From Candidatus Hydrogenedentota bacterium (GTDB lineage: Bacteria; Hydrogenedentota; Hydrogenedentia; Hydrogenedentales; SLHB01), in the NCBI GenBank assembly GCA_045863335.1, contig BTVY01000052.1, positions 1 through 44,045 on the forward strand: a DNA stretch of 44,045 nt. The letters run 5' to 3'. Every line of letters begins with the position of its first letter. Within the stretch, counting starts at the first letter, position 1. The notes beneath the pieces were generated by a model. That model did no database searches and had not been told where the DNA came from. It was given only the letters and a program-made list of their open reading frames with translations. Made by a program: the position numbers and the translations under genes. This document shows, piece by piece, positions 22,368-31,909 of the stretch.

Positions 22368-22712
22368 ATGGCAATTCCGCACGCGGCTCCCGGTATTCCC
22401 GTGGATCTTCGGCCACAAGCCGAGGGGTTTTCCGAGGCGAAGGCGAACGCGCTGGTAAAGACCGAGGGCTTTGAGGCTATCCGGATGGAGATCCCAAAAG
22501 GACACGAGGTATGTCGCAATCACCAGGTGGAAGGCCCAATCACGATCCATTGTATGAAAGGCCAAATTGCATTTACTGCAAATGGCGAGATGCGAGTTGT
22601 ACCTGAGGGGCATTGGCTTTTTTTGCCGGGTGGTGTCCCTCACACTATCGTTGGGAGAGAGGACTCTTTGGTCTTGTTGACGATCATGTTTCGTTCGCGC
22701 AATGCCAACTAA
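22368..22712 (+). CDS. Small cupin domain protein
   Basis: MAIPHA.PG, H.V.GPITIHC..G and L.GG.PH motifs; AAGGAG RBS. Confidence 0.85.
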   Translation: MAIPHAAPGIPVDLRPQAEGFSEAKANALVKTEGFEAIRMEIPKGHEVCRNHQVEGPITIHCMKGQIAFTANGEMRVVPEGHWLFLPGGVPHTIVGREDSLVLLTIMFRSRNAN

Positions 22713-22733
22713 CCCACCTGAAAGGTAAAACAA

Positions 22734-23213
22734 ATGCAACCGCGACTTGATTATGCGAGCGTCGCTCCGGATGGCGTTAAGGCCATGTGGGGATTGGAGA
22801 AATACGTGCACGGCTGCGGACTGGAGCCTTCCCTGCTGGAACTCGTGAAGACCCGCGCCTCCCAGATTAATGGCTGCGCCTTCTGCATCGACATGCACAC
22901 CAAGGATGCCCGGGCCGGCGGCGAGACAGAGCAGCGACTCTACGCGCTCTCCGCCTGGCGCGAGACGCCATTCTTCAGTGACCGGGAGTGCACCGCTCTT
23001 GCGTGGACCGAAGCTGTGACCAACGTCGCACAAACGAATGTTCCCGACGAAGTCTATGAGCTCGCTCGGCAGCACTTCGACGAGAAAGAGTTGGCAGACC
23101 TGACGCTGGCGGTTGTGGCGATTAACGGCTGGAACCGGCTGGCCGTCAGTTTTCGGAAGGTGCCGGGGACGCATGAGCCTTCACAGCACAAAGGATGCCC
23201 CACGGTCGTGTGA
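22734..23213 (+). CDS. Carboxymuconolactone decarboxylase/AhpD family protein
   Basis: LLELVK.RASQINGCAFCIDMH and INGWNRL motifs. Confidence 0.92.
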   Translation: MQPRLDYASVAPDGVKAMWGLEKYVHGCGLEPSLLELVKTRASQINGCAFCIDMHTKDARAGGETEQRLYALSAWRETPFFSDRECTALAWTEAVTNVAQTNVPDEVYELARQHFDEKELADLTLAVVAINGWNRLAVSFRKVPGTHEPSQHKGCPTVV

Positions 23214-23355
23214 AGGCGGCGCCTGTGCCGTCCCGCCTGGTAGCTGAACTCGCGCCAAGAATCAATGCGTGGGCCGCCGATAATCGATCAGGAGACGACC
23301 GGAGCGGTCAACGGCAGCCGATGTTGAAGCACTTAGAATGGGAAAGGTGGCAGCA

Positions 23356-24045
23356 ATGAAGCGCATAGGCTTAATCGGAGGGCTCAGCCCCGAGTCCACT
23401 GTTCATTACTATGAAATAATCTGTCGCGAATACAATCGCCAGGCCGGCGAATTAAACTTCCCGGAAATCACAATCCAGAGTCTAAACCTGCAGAAGTTGA
23501 TCCCGCACTTCGAACATAACGACTGGGACAAGGTCGCTGCCATTCTTCTGGACGCTTTGCACTGTCTCAAGAACGCCGGCGCCGAATTCGCGGCGATTCT
23601 GGCAAACACGCCGCACAACGCCTACGACCTAATCCGCGACTCGAGTCCGCTGGAAATCCTCACGATTATGGATGCGACGTCCGAGGCGCTCGTTCACGAT
23701 GCCCGGCGGATGGTTGCGCTGCTGGGCACACGGCCCACCATGGAGTTCGGGTTTTTCCAGAAGCATTTTCAGGCGAGTCATATCGAAACGCTCGTTCCCG
23801 ACGCCCACGCGCGGCAGGAGTTGGACCGTATTGTGTGGGAGGAGCTGTCGCACGGAACCGTGCGCCCCGAATCCCGCGCATCGGCTAAGGGCATGATTGC
23901 CGATTTGACCGCTCAGGGCGCCGAGGCAGTGATTCTTGGCTGCACGGAACTCTGCCTTCTAATCCAGCCAGAGGACAGTCCAAAGCCACTCTATGACACG
24001 ACCCGCATTCACGCCGAAGCGATTCTCAAGTTTGCGATGGAGTAA
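23356..24045 (+). CDS. Aspartate/glutamate racemase family protein
   Basis: IGLIGGLSPEST..YY, ANTPH, LLGT..TM, LGCTEL and DTT.IH motifs. Confidence 0.88.
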   Translation: MKRIGLIGGLSPESTVHYYEIICREYNRQAGELNFPEITIQSLNLQKLIPHFEHNDWDKVAAILLDALHCLKNAGAEFAAILANTPHNAYDLIRDSSPLEILTIMDATSEALVHDARRMVALLGTRPTMEFGFFQKHFQASHIETLVPDAHARQELDRIVWEELSHGTVRPESRASAKGMIADLTAQGAEAVILGCTELCLLIQPEDSPKPLYDTTRIHAEAILKFAME

Positions 24046-24055
24046 CCGGAATATC

Positions 24056-25210
24056 ATGAGCGACACGCAAGAACCGGACTGGAACCCAAAAGCAGCGGAT
24101 GTATTGCGCGACCAACGCGCGGCTTACGACGCCATGCGCGGGCACTGCCCAGTCGCCTATAGCGAACTGATGCATTGGTCCGTGTTTCGGCACGAGGAAG
24201 TGATGCGCGTGCTCTCGGACCACGAGACCTTCAGCAGCACCGTTTCGGAGCACTTGTCTGTTCCAAGCGGCATGGATCCACCCGAGCATACGGCATATCG
24301 TGCAATTGTCGAACGGTATTTTTCCGGCGAGCGGATAGCGGCGTTCGAGCCTATCTGCCGCAACCTCGTTGTGGATCTGGTCCAGGATCTGCTCGAACGT
24401 GGTCAGGTGGAGCTTGTTGCTGATTTTGCGCTGCCTTTTGCGGCACGGGCCCAATGCGCCTTTCTAGGTTGGCCGTCAACGTTGCAGGAACCGATCATCC
24501 GCTGGACGCAGAAAAGCCACGTCGCCACGTTCGCCCAGGATCGCAAAGTCATGTCTGAGATTGCGCGGGAGTTCGAGGACTTGGTTGACGAGCTTATAGA
24601 GGACCGGCTTGAAGCTGGCGCCAAGGCGGATGACGACATTACGGCGTCCCTCATGCACGACACGGTTTGGGGACGACCGTTAAGCCACGAAGAAATAGCG
24701 AGTATCCTGCGAAATTGGACTGTCGGGGAGATCGGGACAATTTCCGCCGCCGTTGGGATATTGGCTCATTATCTTGCCGAACACGCCGATCTTCAATCGC
24801 AACTTCGGGCGGAGCCGTCGCTCTTGCCTGCCGCCATCGATGAGATTCTGCGGATTCACGGCCCCCTCGTTGTCAATCGGCGAGTCACAACCCGGCCTGT
24901 GGAAATCAATGGCCGGCAAATCGGCGCAGGCGAACGAGTCTCGCTCATGTGGATTTCCGCCAATCGTGATGGCCGGGCCTTTGACGAACCGGATTGCTTT
25001 CGTTTTGATCGGGATGTGGAGAAGAATCTTCTGTACGGCGCCGGCTTGCACGTTTGCCCAGGCGCACCGCTTGCGCGACTCGAGATGCGAGTCTGGCTGG
25101 AAGAATTGTTGGCCCGCACAGACAGCGTCGGGCTCGTTCCGGGAACTCCCCCAAGAAATGCGGTTTACCCCGGCAGCGGATTTGCCAAATTGCCGCTATT
25201 GATACAATAA
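24056..25210 (+). CDS. Cytochrome P450
   Basis: MDPPEH..YR, EILR (ExxR), ANRD...F..PD.F and heme motif YGAGLHVCPG..LAR.E. Confidence 0.95.
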   Translation: MSDTQEPDWNPKAADVLRDQRAAYDAMRGHCPVAYSELMHWSVFRHEEVMRVLSDHETFSSTVSEHLSVPSGMDPPEHTAYRAIVERYFSGERIAAFEPICRNLVVDLVQDLLERGQVELVADFALPFAARAQCAFLGWPSTLQEPIIRWTQKSHVATFAQDRKVMSEIAREFEDLVDELIEDRLEAGAKADDDITASLMHDTVWGRPLSHEEIASILRNWTVGEIGTISAAVGILAHYLAEHADLQSQLRAEPSLLPAAIDEILRIHGPLVVNRRVTTRPVEINGRQIGAGERVSLMWISANRDGRAFDEPDCFRFDRDVEKNLLYGAGLHVCPGAPLARLEMRVWLEELLARTDSVGLVPGTPPRNAVYPGSGFAKLPLLIQ

Positions 25211-25489
25211 CGCAGCCGAGACTTTTGTTCGATCCATCGACATGCAGTTCGCCAGGATTGACAAGCGAGGTCCGTAAGACGGTAGACCGTCTTGGAAAAT
25301 GCTGCGAATAGAACGACGGTGCAAAGTGCGTCCCAAGGGCACGATGCGCGTAAGCGCGAGTACGAACGGCGCAAGCATTCGTGGTAATGTCCCAGATTGC
25401 CTGGGGTCCATAGTTGTTCTGGTTGCCATAGAACCTGGAAAGTTGCTTGTTGAGGGTCGGGTCCAGGTCGGCTTGCAGGTGTCGAGCAT

Positions 25490-26163
25490 TTAAGGTTCAC
25501 ACAATTGATTTCGCAACCACTATAGTGACGGCGGCGGCGATGGTATTTCCTCCCATGAAATCGGTCGCATCAGCATCAAGGGCTTTTACGATAGTCCCCG
25601 CCTCGCCTTCGGCCGCGCGGGACGCCGCCCCCAACTTCCTTAGACTGGTGACACATGCCGCTCAGTTCAATCGATTCAAGGATCGTCCCGTTTTCAGGTA
25701 GCACGGACCGCTGAACTTCGCTTGCCAGACGAACCTCGGTTTCGAGCTGTTCCCGGCGTCGTGTTTCGTTCTTCAAGACTTCCAGGTGGTTCTCCAGGGA
25801 TTTAGCCATAGTGTTCACACTCATCGCGAGCCGCCGCAGCTCTTCCGGACCGGTTATGTGCGCGCGCACTTGGAGATCGCCGCTGCCGATTCTCGCGACG
25901 CTTTCCGACAGCATCGCGAGTGGAGTGGAGATTTTGTGACTCAGGAAGGCAGCGATTACCAGCGCACACGCGACCATAAGGGGCGCGAAGGCAGAAACAA
26001 ACACGATCCGTCTATATATCATTGAGGAAGGCGCTCCACCTACGGGCCACAGGACAATACCGATGACTCGCCCTGGGTTGGGTCCAACCGTCCCAGCAAG
26101 GACCAATTCTCCTCCGTTCAGCTTTTCAACGCAGACGCCGTTGCGCCCGCTGATCTTTATCAT
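25490..26163 (-). pseudogene. Degraded HAMP + SpoIIE/PP2C phosphatase gene
   Basis: TM helix, HAMP (PL..L......IG.GDL...EL..LA..VN.M), E..LA.EVQ.S.LP, then ..KEVGG. The sequence then jumps, in another frame, to a PP2C-like C-terminus (IVKAL..DA.DFMGG......VTIVV); the catalytic core is missing. Confidence 0.65.
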
Positions 26164-26345
26164 GCGACGCCAAGTGTCAATATCTTCCGGGGCAAGAGTG
26201 GCCGTACCTGACCAGTTTCCTCGATAGCTTCCGCCTCACGTCTTGCGGCCTTTGTTACAACCAGCACGGTTTCGTGCTCGTGTTCAAGTATGTCCGCTGC
26301 TCTCATAACGTAGTCTCCTGGATCTCGTGGACCTCAAGCCACCGT

Positions 26346-27008
26346 CTAGTGCTGGTGGACTTTGATGGCTTTCGCTGCCGGGGCCTCTGCGTGTTCATTG
26401 GCTTCGGACTCATGCCCGTGCGCAGCCGCTCCGGACATCACCTCGTGAAGATGCTCAACATAGTGGATGTACTCCACGTAGGCCTCGACATACTCCCGGC
26501 CCGCCGCCACGCTCTCATCCTTGTGTTTCTTGGCTTCGACCGTCCGTTCAAAACGCTCGCGCACGCTCGATTCGAGCTCCGCCTGCAACGCCCCGACAAG
26601 TGAGGTGTCCGATTCCGCCTCGAGCGCTTTCTCCGCTGCCTCGATTCCGGGTTCGATCGGTGTATCCGCGGGCTTCAATCCCGTGTACGGAGCGCCTTCG
26701 CCCGCACGGTGTACGCGAACAAGTGTCTCAAAGAAATGCATGTCCACAAGCTCCTGCACGTCATTGCCTTTCTGACGTGCCTGAACAGTCTTGTCAAATA
26801 GGGAGCGGATCTCCTCTTCGTCGTCAGGCCTGATCCATTTTAGGACAGGGTCCAGGTCCTGGGTTTCAATGGCCTTCTGAGCGTCCGTGACTACAGGGCC
26901 GGACAGTGTGTCACAGTGCGCCCACGCCCCCGAAGGGAAAACGATCCCCAAGCCTGCGAGCATCAGGCCAATCGCTGTCAACCCACTAACCGTTGTCTTT
27001 ATGTTCAT
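26346..27008 (-). CDS. Secreted DUF6448-like protein (mature N-terminus HCDT..GPVV)
   Basis: Signal peptide ending AWA; HCDTLSGPVV, FFETLVRVHRAGEGAPYTGLKP and GREYVEAYVEYIHYVE motifs; AGGAG RBS. Confidence 0.75.
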   Translation of the reverse strand: MNIKTTVSGLTAIGLMLAGLGIVFPSGAWAHCDTLSGPVVTDAQKAIETQDLDPVLKWIRPDDEEEIRSLFDKTVQARQKGNDVQELVDMHFFETLVRVHRAGEGAPYTGLKPADTPIEPGIEAAEKALEAESDTSLVGALQAELESSVRERFERTVEAKKHKDESVAAGREYVEAYVEYIHYVEHLHEVMSGAAAHGHESEANEHAEAPAAKAIKVHQH

Positions 27009-27116
27009 GCCAGTTCTCCTTTGTTGCAGGTGCCGGCTTTTCGGCCTCGGGCGCCTTTCCGTTGCCGTTTCCAATCGCTTCGCTGAAGAGCCCCCAGGCC
27101 TTTTCGGCCTGACGGG

Positions 27117-27145
27117 TTGACAAAGGGTAGATATTGGGGTAAAAT
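27117..27145 (+). promoter_or_regulatory. sigma70-type promoter of the tetR-rnk gene
   Basis: TTGACA (27117-22), 17-bp spacer, TAAAAT (27140-45). Confidence 0.8.
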
Positions 27146-27178
27146 GAACGTATATTCAATAATGAATGGCAGTTCATT
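27143..27178. promoter_or_regulatory. Two adjacent palindromic operators (AATGAA-N6-TTCA(A/T)T), likely TetR sites
   Basis: AATGAA-CGTATA-TTCAAT (27143-60) and AATGAA-TGGCAG-TTCATT (27161-78) overlap the -10 and transcription start region. Confidence 0.7.
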
Positions 27179-27199
27179 TTCGTGGAGGTATGAAAAATA

Positions 27200-28264
27200 A
27201 TGTCCGGTCAAGAGGTCAAGGCGGAGGCCAAGAAACGACGACAGCCCGCGGACGGTGCGATTCTTGATGCTGCCGAACATGTGTTCGGATGGAAGGGATA
27301 TCAGCAGACGACTATGGAAGCTATAGCTCGCGAGGCGGGAATTTCGGTAGGAACGCTGTACAACCTCTTCAAGAGCAAGGAAGACATTTACGGGCAAGTC
27401 TGTCAACGAGTCGGCGAGTCTGTTGTCCGCCGTATTGAGCCTTTAGCTCGTGCCAGTGATCCTGAGGCGGCGGTTCTAGACGTTATTCGGCTTCGTTTGT
27501 GCAACTACGTGAATGACCGTCTGTTCTTTCAGCCGTTCTGTATTCCAGCCTACTTGGGTGTGCAGCCGGAGCCCGCGCGTCTTGGACCCGAGGTCAACCG
27601 GCTCTATCAGCAGTACGTGGATCTTGTCGAACAGATCTTCGGACGATGTCTCGTAAAGGCTGGGCAGACGGAGACTCCTGGAATAAAGATGGCGGTCTGT
27701 CTCGAAGGCATGCTGACTGCCTTTATGGGTTATTGGTCAGAACCGTTACAGTCGGACAATCTCGCCAAGGTCGCGCGGCACATGAAGACCGTGCTGCTTC
27801 GCGGGATAGCGCCTGCGGTCGACCAACCTGAGAGCGATACGGTAGCGGAGTCTCGTGCTATTTACATCAGCCGCTACGACCTGGAACGCCTGAGGGAGCT
27901 AATCGAGGTAGTGCGTGCCTTCGGCAAAGAGGAGAATCATAAATACGCCGACATCTTGGACGATGAGCTGAAACATGCCCGCGTCACGAGTCCGCGAGAG
28001 GTGCCGCCGGATGTAGTAACCATGAACTCCAAAGTGCGAATCGCAAACCCCAATACGGGCACCGACCGAGTCCATACCCTAGTATTTCCGCGGAACGCCG
28101 ATTCAGCGCCCGAGAACATCTCCATCCTAAGTCCACTTGGAACCGCGGTTTTCGGCCGCCGATTGGGTGATGTCTTTACAGTGGGCGCGGGGGAGAATGC
28201 CCCGATGTATGAGATAACCCAGATGCTTTATCAGCCGGAGGCATCTGGTGATTACCATTTGTAA
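27200..28264 (+). CDS. TetR-family regulator fused to a C-terminal Rnk (GreA/GreB-family) domain
   Basis: ILDAAE.VF..KGY..TTM..IA.EAGIS.GTLY..FKSKE (TetR HTH); IYIS..D..RL, VPPDVVTMNS, LVFP, ISILSPLGTA..G and YQPEASG (Rnk); GGAGG RBS. Confidence 0.88.
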   Translation: MSGQEVKAEAKKRRQPADGAILDAAEHVFGWKGYQQTTMEAIAREAGISVGTLYNLFKSKEDIYGQVCQRVGESVVRRIEPLARASDPEAAVLDVIRLRLCNYVNDRLFFQPFCIPAYLGVQPEPARLGPEVNRLYQQYVDLVEQIFGRCLVKAGQTETPGIKMAVCLEGMLTAFMGYWSEPLQSDNLAKVARHMKTVLLRGIAPAVDQPESDTVAESRAIYISRYDLERLRELIEVVRAFGKEENHKYADILDDELKHARVTSPREVPPDVVTMNSKVRIANPNTGTDRVHTLVFPRNADSAPENISILSPLGTAVFGRRLGDVFTVGAGENAPMYEITQMLYQPEASGDYHL

Positions 28265-28307
28265 ATGTCGGCAAATCATTCTGCGAAGAGGTCAAAGGAT
28301 CAGTCCC

Positions 28308-28727
28308 ATGGAAAAGCATATCTTCATTACGGCACTGGATAGACATCGTATCTTGGACTGTCTATCAATTCTTTCGGAGTTTCCCGACAAACGAGACCTG
28401 CCCTATATTCAATACCTTGAAAAAGAGGTCAAGCGCGCCCAAGTCGTTCTTGACCCAGTTGAAATGCCCGCCGACGTCATCACGATGCGTTCCAGCGCCA
28501 GGCTGAGAGACATGACGAGCGGAGCGCTATTGGATTGCACTTTGGTGTACCCCTCGGAACGTGACCCGGAAAAAGGTCTTATTTCGATACTCGCTCCCCT
28601 AGGCGCGGCGATGATCGGGTATAAAGCCGGGGATTCCTTCGAGGCGGATTTGCCCAAAGGGCGGACGCAATTTCTGATCGAGGCAATAACGTATCAGCCG
28701 GAATCGGCAGGCGAAACGTACCTCTAA
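28308..28727 (+). CDS. rnk: Rnk-like GreA/GreB family factor
   Basis: IFIT.LD..R, P.DVITM.S, TLVYP, ISILAPLG.AMIG and YQPE.AG motifs. Confidence 0.85.
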   Translation: MEKHIFITALDRHRILDCLSILSEFPDKRDLPYIQYLEKEVKRAQVVLDPVEMPADVITMRSSARLRDMTSGALLDCTLVYPSERDPEKGLISILAPLGAAMIGYKAGDSFEADLPKGRTQFLIEAITYQPESAGETYL

Positions 28728-29015
28728 ATGCATGCTCATGCGAGCACCTATTCCCGCTGCGAAACAAACGTTCACCACGCTCGAAGAAGCCGTTCGACGT
28801 TGGGAGAAACTAAGCCCGGCTGCTTACGACGTTGATGTATCTGTTTGTGGCGGTTCGCGGCGCAGTTGGCAAGACTCGATGACTACCCGCAAATGTCTAC
28901 GAGGCGGCGCGGAGGGTTTCTTGAGGAGACGCACGGGTTGCGGTGCGCATCAATTAGGAAGTTTACGAACAAGGTTCACGATGTCGGTACTGGTGGTGCA
29001 AAGAGGAGCTACGAC

Positions 29016-30107
29016 ATGACTACGATCGGAAATGCCAACATAACCCGCAGGCGATCCTGGGGAATTGACGCTCCCAGCGAAACAGCGTCCCGATGGGCAA
29101 TCGTCTTGGCCGGGGGAAATGGGAGCCGGATGCGCCCGTTTATCGAGAACTGGCTTGGCGAACCCCGCCCAAAACAATACTGTACATTCGTGGGGACCCG
29201 CTCGATGCTGAAACACACCGTGGACCGTGCGGCCGAACTAGTACCACCTAAGCAAATCATCACGATCATAGGTAAAGGACACCGTTCCTTTCTTGAGACC
29301 GAGCACACTCCTCTGCCGGGGAAGGTCATTGAACAACCCAAGGATTGTGGGACGGCGGTAGGGATCTTCGTCCCACTCAGTTACATCATGGCAGAAGACC
29401 CGGAAGCTACAGTCTTGGTGCTGCCCTCAGACCACTTCGTCTTTCCGGAAGGAGCATTCCTCAGCCACGCCTTGGGCGGGTGCATGCTGGCTCGGGCTCA
29501 CGAGGATAGCCTAATTTTGTTCGGAGCGCTTGCAACCCGTCCAGAGACAGATTACGGATGGATTCTACCTTCGAGTTCAAAGAGAACGATCGTCACCGGT
29601 GGTGCACTGTGGACGACGCGCACCGTGAAGCGTTTCCACGAGAAACCCGGGCATGACGAAGCCACTGAATTACTTGCCAAGGGCTATTTGTGGAACACAA
29701 TGATTGTCGCCGGCACAGCGAAAACATTCTGGAGACTCGGCTGGCAACTGCTCCCCCAGATGATGGAGCGTATTCACAACCTGCGGCAGGTGCTTCGAGG
29801 CGTCGGCTCCGGGGGTGTGACTTCCCGGCAGGAAGCCGCTGCACTTCATGACGTGTTTGTTGGAATGCGATCGTATGACTTTTCGCGAGACCTACTGCAG
29901 CGGGCGGCCGGGTGGACCAAGTCAGTCACCATGGATGGAGTCGAGTGGTGCGATTGGGGCCGTCCGGAACGCGTCGCGGCTACACTGAAGCAACTCGAAT
30001 TACGTCCGGCATTCCCGCCTCAAATGGCGAACTCAATCGGGCAAGATCCGGAAGAATTCAGGATTCCACAGTGGACTTCGCACAACAGTCTTGCGCAGAG
30101 GACATAG
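29016..30107 (+). CDS. Mannose-1-phosphate guanylyltransferase-like sugar-phosphate nucleotidyltransferase
   Basis: LAGG.GSR, RPKQ, PSDH, YGWI, F.EKP, WNT and W.DWG motifs; no isomerase cupin domain; GAGGAG RBS. Confidence 0.85.
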   Translation: MTTIGNANITRRRSWGIDAPSETASRWAIVLAGGNGSRMRPFIENWLGEPRPKQYCTFVGTRSMLKHTVDRAAELVPPKQIITIIGKGHRSFLETEHTPLPGKVIEQPKDCGTAVGIFVPLSYIMAEDPEATVLVLPSDHFVFPEGAFLSHALGGCMLARAHEDSLILFGALATRPETDYGWILPSSSKRTIVTGGALWTTRTVKRFHEKPGHDEATELLAKGYLWNTMIVAGTAKTFWRLGWQLLPQMMERIHNLRQVLRGVGSGGVTSRQEAAALHDVFVGMRSYDFSRDLLQRAAGWTKSVTMDGVEWCDWGRPERVAATLKQLELRPAFPPQMANSIGQDPEEFRIPQWTSHNSLAQRT

Positions 30108-30341
30108 CCGTATGGCAACGGCAACCATTACCGTTATGCAGGCTAGACTGCGTGCATCGATCCGCCTTTCCGAGCTCTTTTCGATTTCCCAGAATCCAGT
30201 GTGGAAGGAGCGAAGGATGAGCCGAGAGTCTGGAATCCCTTGCTAACTATCTGATTTCGGCCACCTATTGTGCCGGACTATTCGGTAGTTATGGGCGTCT
30301 CTCGTAGCCAATCGGGTCGTCCAACCGAGAGGAGTTCTCGT

Positions 30342-30761
30342 ATGAGCGAAAAAGAGGCCGTTATAAGTGAATTCGATCGGGCGCGGCTGCAAGTGGTGAT
30401 CGATACGATTAGGGCGCAAAGCGGCACACGTCAGTGGTCGAGGGGGGACAAACTTCAGGAGAAACTGACCACTTCGACGACACTGGCCCCATCGGAAATC
30501 CCTGCAGATGTGATCACAATGAACTCGATCGCGCGCGTTCGCGACCTCGAGTCACAGAAAGAGGGGGTCTACAACCTTGTTTTTCCCTCGGACAGCAAGC
30601 CTCTGGAGGGACGAGCGTCCGTGCTTTCCCTTCTTGGTATTGCGCTATTCGGTTCTCGCATTGGCGACGTGATCGAATGGAACACCACGAAGGCGCGCAG
30701 GTCGTTGGAAGTTGTGGAAATCATCTATCAGCCGGAAGCGGCAAGACATTGGACTCTGTGA
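30342..30761 (+). CDS. rnk: Rnk-like GreA/GreB family factor (third paralogue)
   Basis: IS..D..RL, IP.DVITMNS, LVFP, SVLS.LG.AL.G..IGD.IEW and YQPEA motifs; GAGGAG RBS. Confidence 0.82.
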   Translation: MSEKEAVISEFDRARLQVVIDTIRAQSGTRQWSRGDKLQEKLTTSTTLAPSEIPADVITMNSIARVRDLESQKEGVYNLVFPSDSKPLEGRASVLSLLGIALFGSRIGDVIEWNTTKARRSLEVVEIIYQPEAARHWTL

Positions 30762-31015
30762 ACGGAAATCCGAGATAACACGGCCAACGTCTATAGAACG
30801 TTCGAACGGAAAACAACCAGTCTCCATGAGACACTACAGGACGTCCCCGTCCGCGACCCACACAGCGCGCCTTCGCGGGAGAGGTAAATGGTTTCAAGTG
30901 GCTGCATATTCGATACAGGATGGCATAACACTAGTTATATGTATATAGAATATCTCCTTTCGGGGCAATGTAGATTCTATGGCGCCCCCGTCTATTCAAA
31001 GCATGGAAGGTCGTG

Positions 31016-31651
31016 ATGGAAACCAGCATTTTGCTAACGGGCGTTTTAGTGTTCTTTGCGCGAATTCTCGACGTCGCCCTGGGGACGCTTCGAACCATGA
31101 TGACCATTCAAGGCCGTACATTAATTTCATTCTCTTTGGGCTTCGTGGAGGTCATCATCTGGATTCTCGTAGTCAGTGCTGTCGTGAGTCAAATCAAAGA
31201 GTCACCGGCATTGATTCTGTTCTACGCGTTTGGTTTCGCCAGCGGGAATGTAGCCGGGATCTTGATCGAGGCAAAGCTAGCACTCGGAAACGTCGCACTG
31301 AAAGTGATCTCCATGAAGGAAGAAAACACCTTGGCCGACAAGCTACGAACGGCCGGTCAGCCGGTGACCGTCTTCGCGGGTATGGGAATGCATGGGCCCG
31401 TCCATCAGCTCTTTATGGTCTGCCGGCGGCGGGACGTAAACCGCCTGCTTGCGGTCGTCAAGACCGTCGATGCGAACGCTTTCGTTATCACGGAAATGGT
31501 CAAGGATGTCAATAAGCTTCTGAACCCGATCCGTAATCCTTTCGATTTCTTGCGATCGGATTCGAAAACAGACAGCGCAACCACGCTAATGACCGATCAG
31601 GTCCTGCCCGCTGGAATCCACGCGAGCGGAGATGACTGCGCGGACGAATGA
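31016..31651 (+). CDS. UPF0316 (DUF5698 + DUF2179) membrane protein
   Basis: FFARI.DV.LGTLR, GFVEV.IW, YAFGFA.GN..G, G.G..G and D.NAF motifs. Confidence 0.85.
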   Translation: METSILLTGVLVFFARILDVALGTLRTMMTIQGRTLISFSLGFVEVIIWILVVSAVVSQIKESPALILFYAFGFASGNVAGILIEAKLALGNVALKVISMKEENTLADKLRTAGQPVTVFAGMGMHGPVHQLFMVCRRRDVNRLLAVVKTVDANAFVITEMVKDVNKLLNPIRNPFDFLRSDSKTDSATTLMTDQVLPAGIHASGDDCADE

Positions 31652-31909
31652 CACTACGATTGGCCGCGCCACCGGCGCCGCTGCATGTACTCCCCCTAAA
31701 AGGGTATGGAAGTCACGAGACGCCACGTAGAGCTGTGTTGGTTCAGCGGGAAGTGGAGTGAGGCTACTCTTCGTTGATGAGTAATGCCGCTTTTTGTCAA
31801 GGTCTGATTCAGTCAGGCCTTGTAAGCTCTCTGAATCGTCACCCGCAGCGATCTACTCAGGCACGTCGAGAACGCGTCATCGGGTTCAAATACGGCAGGT
31901 GAAGTCGGA

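Noticed and set aside
28732-29019. 95-aa ORF between rnk and the nucleotidyltransferase
   Set aside because: No RBS or motif; cannot be supported from sequence alone.
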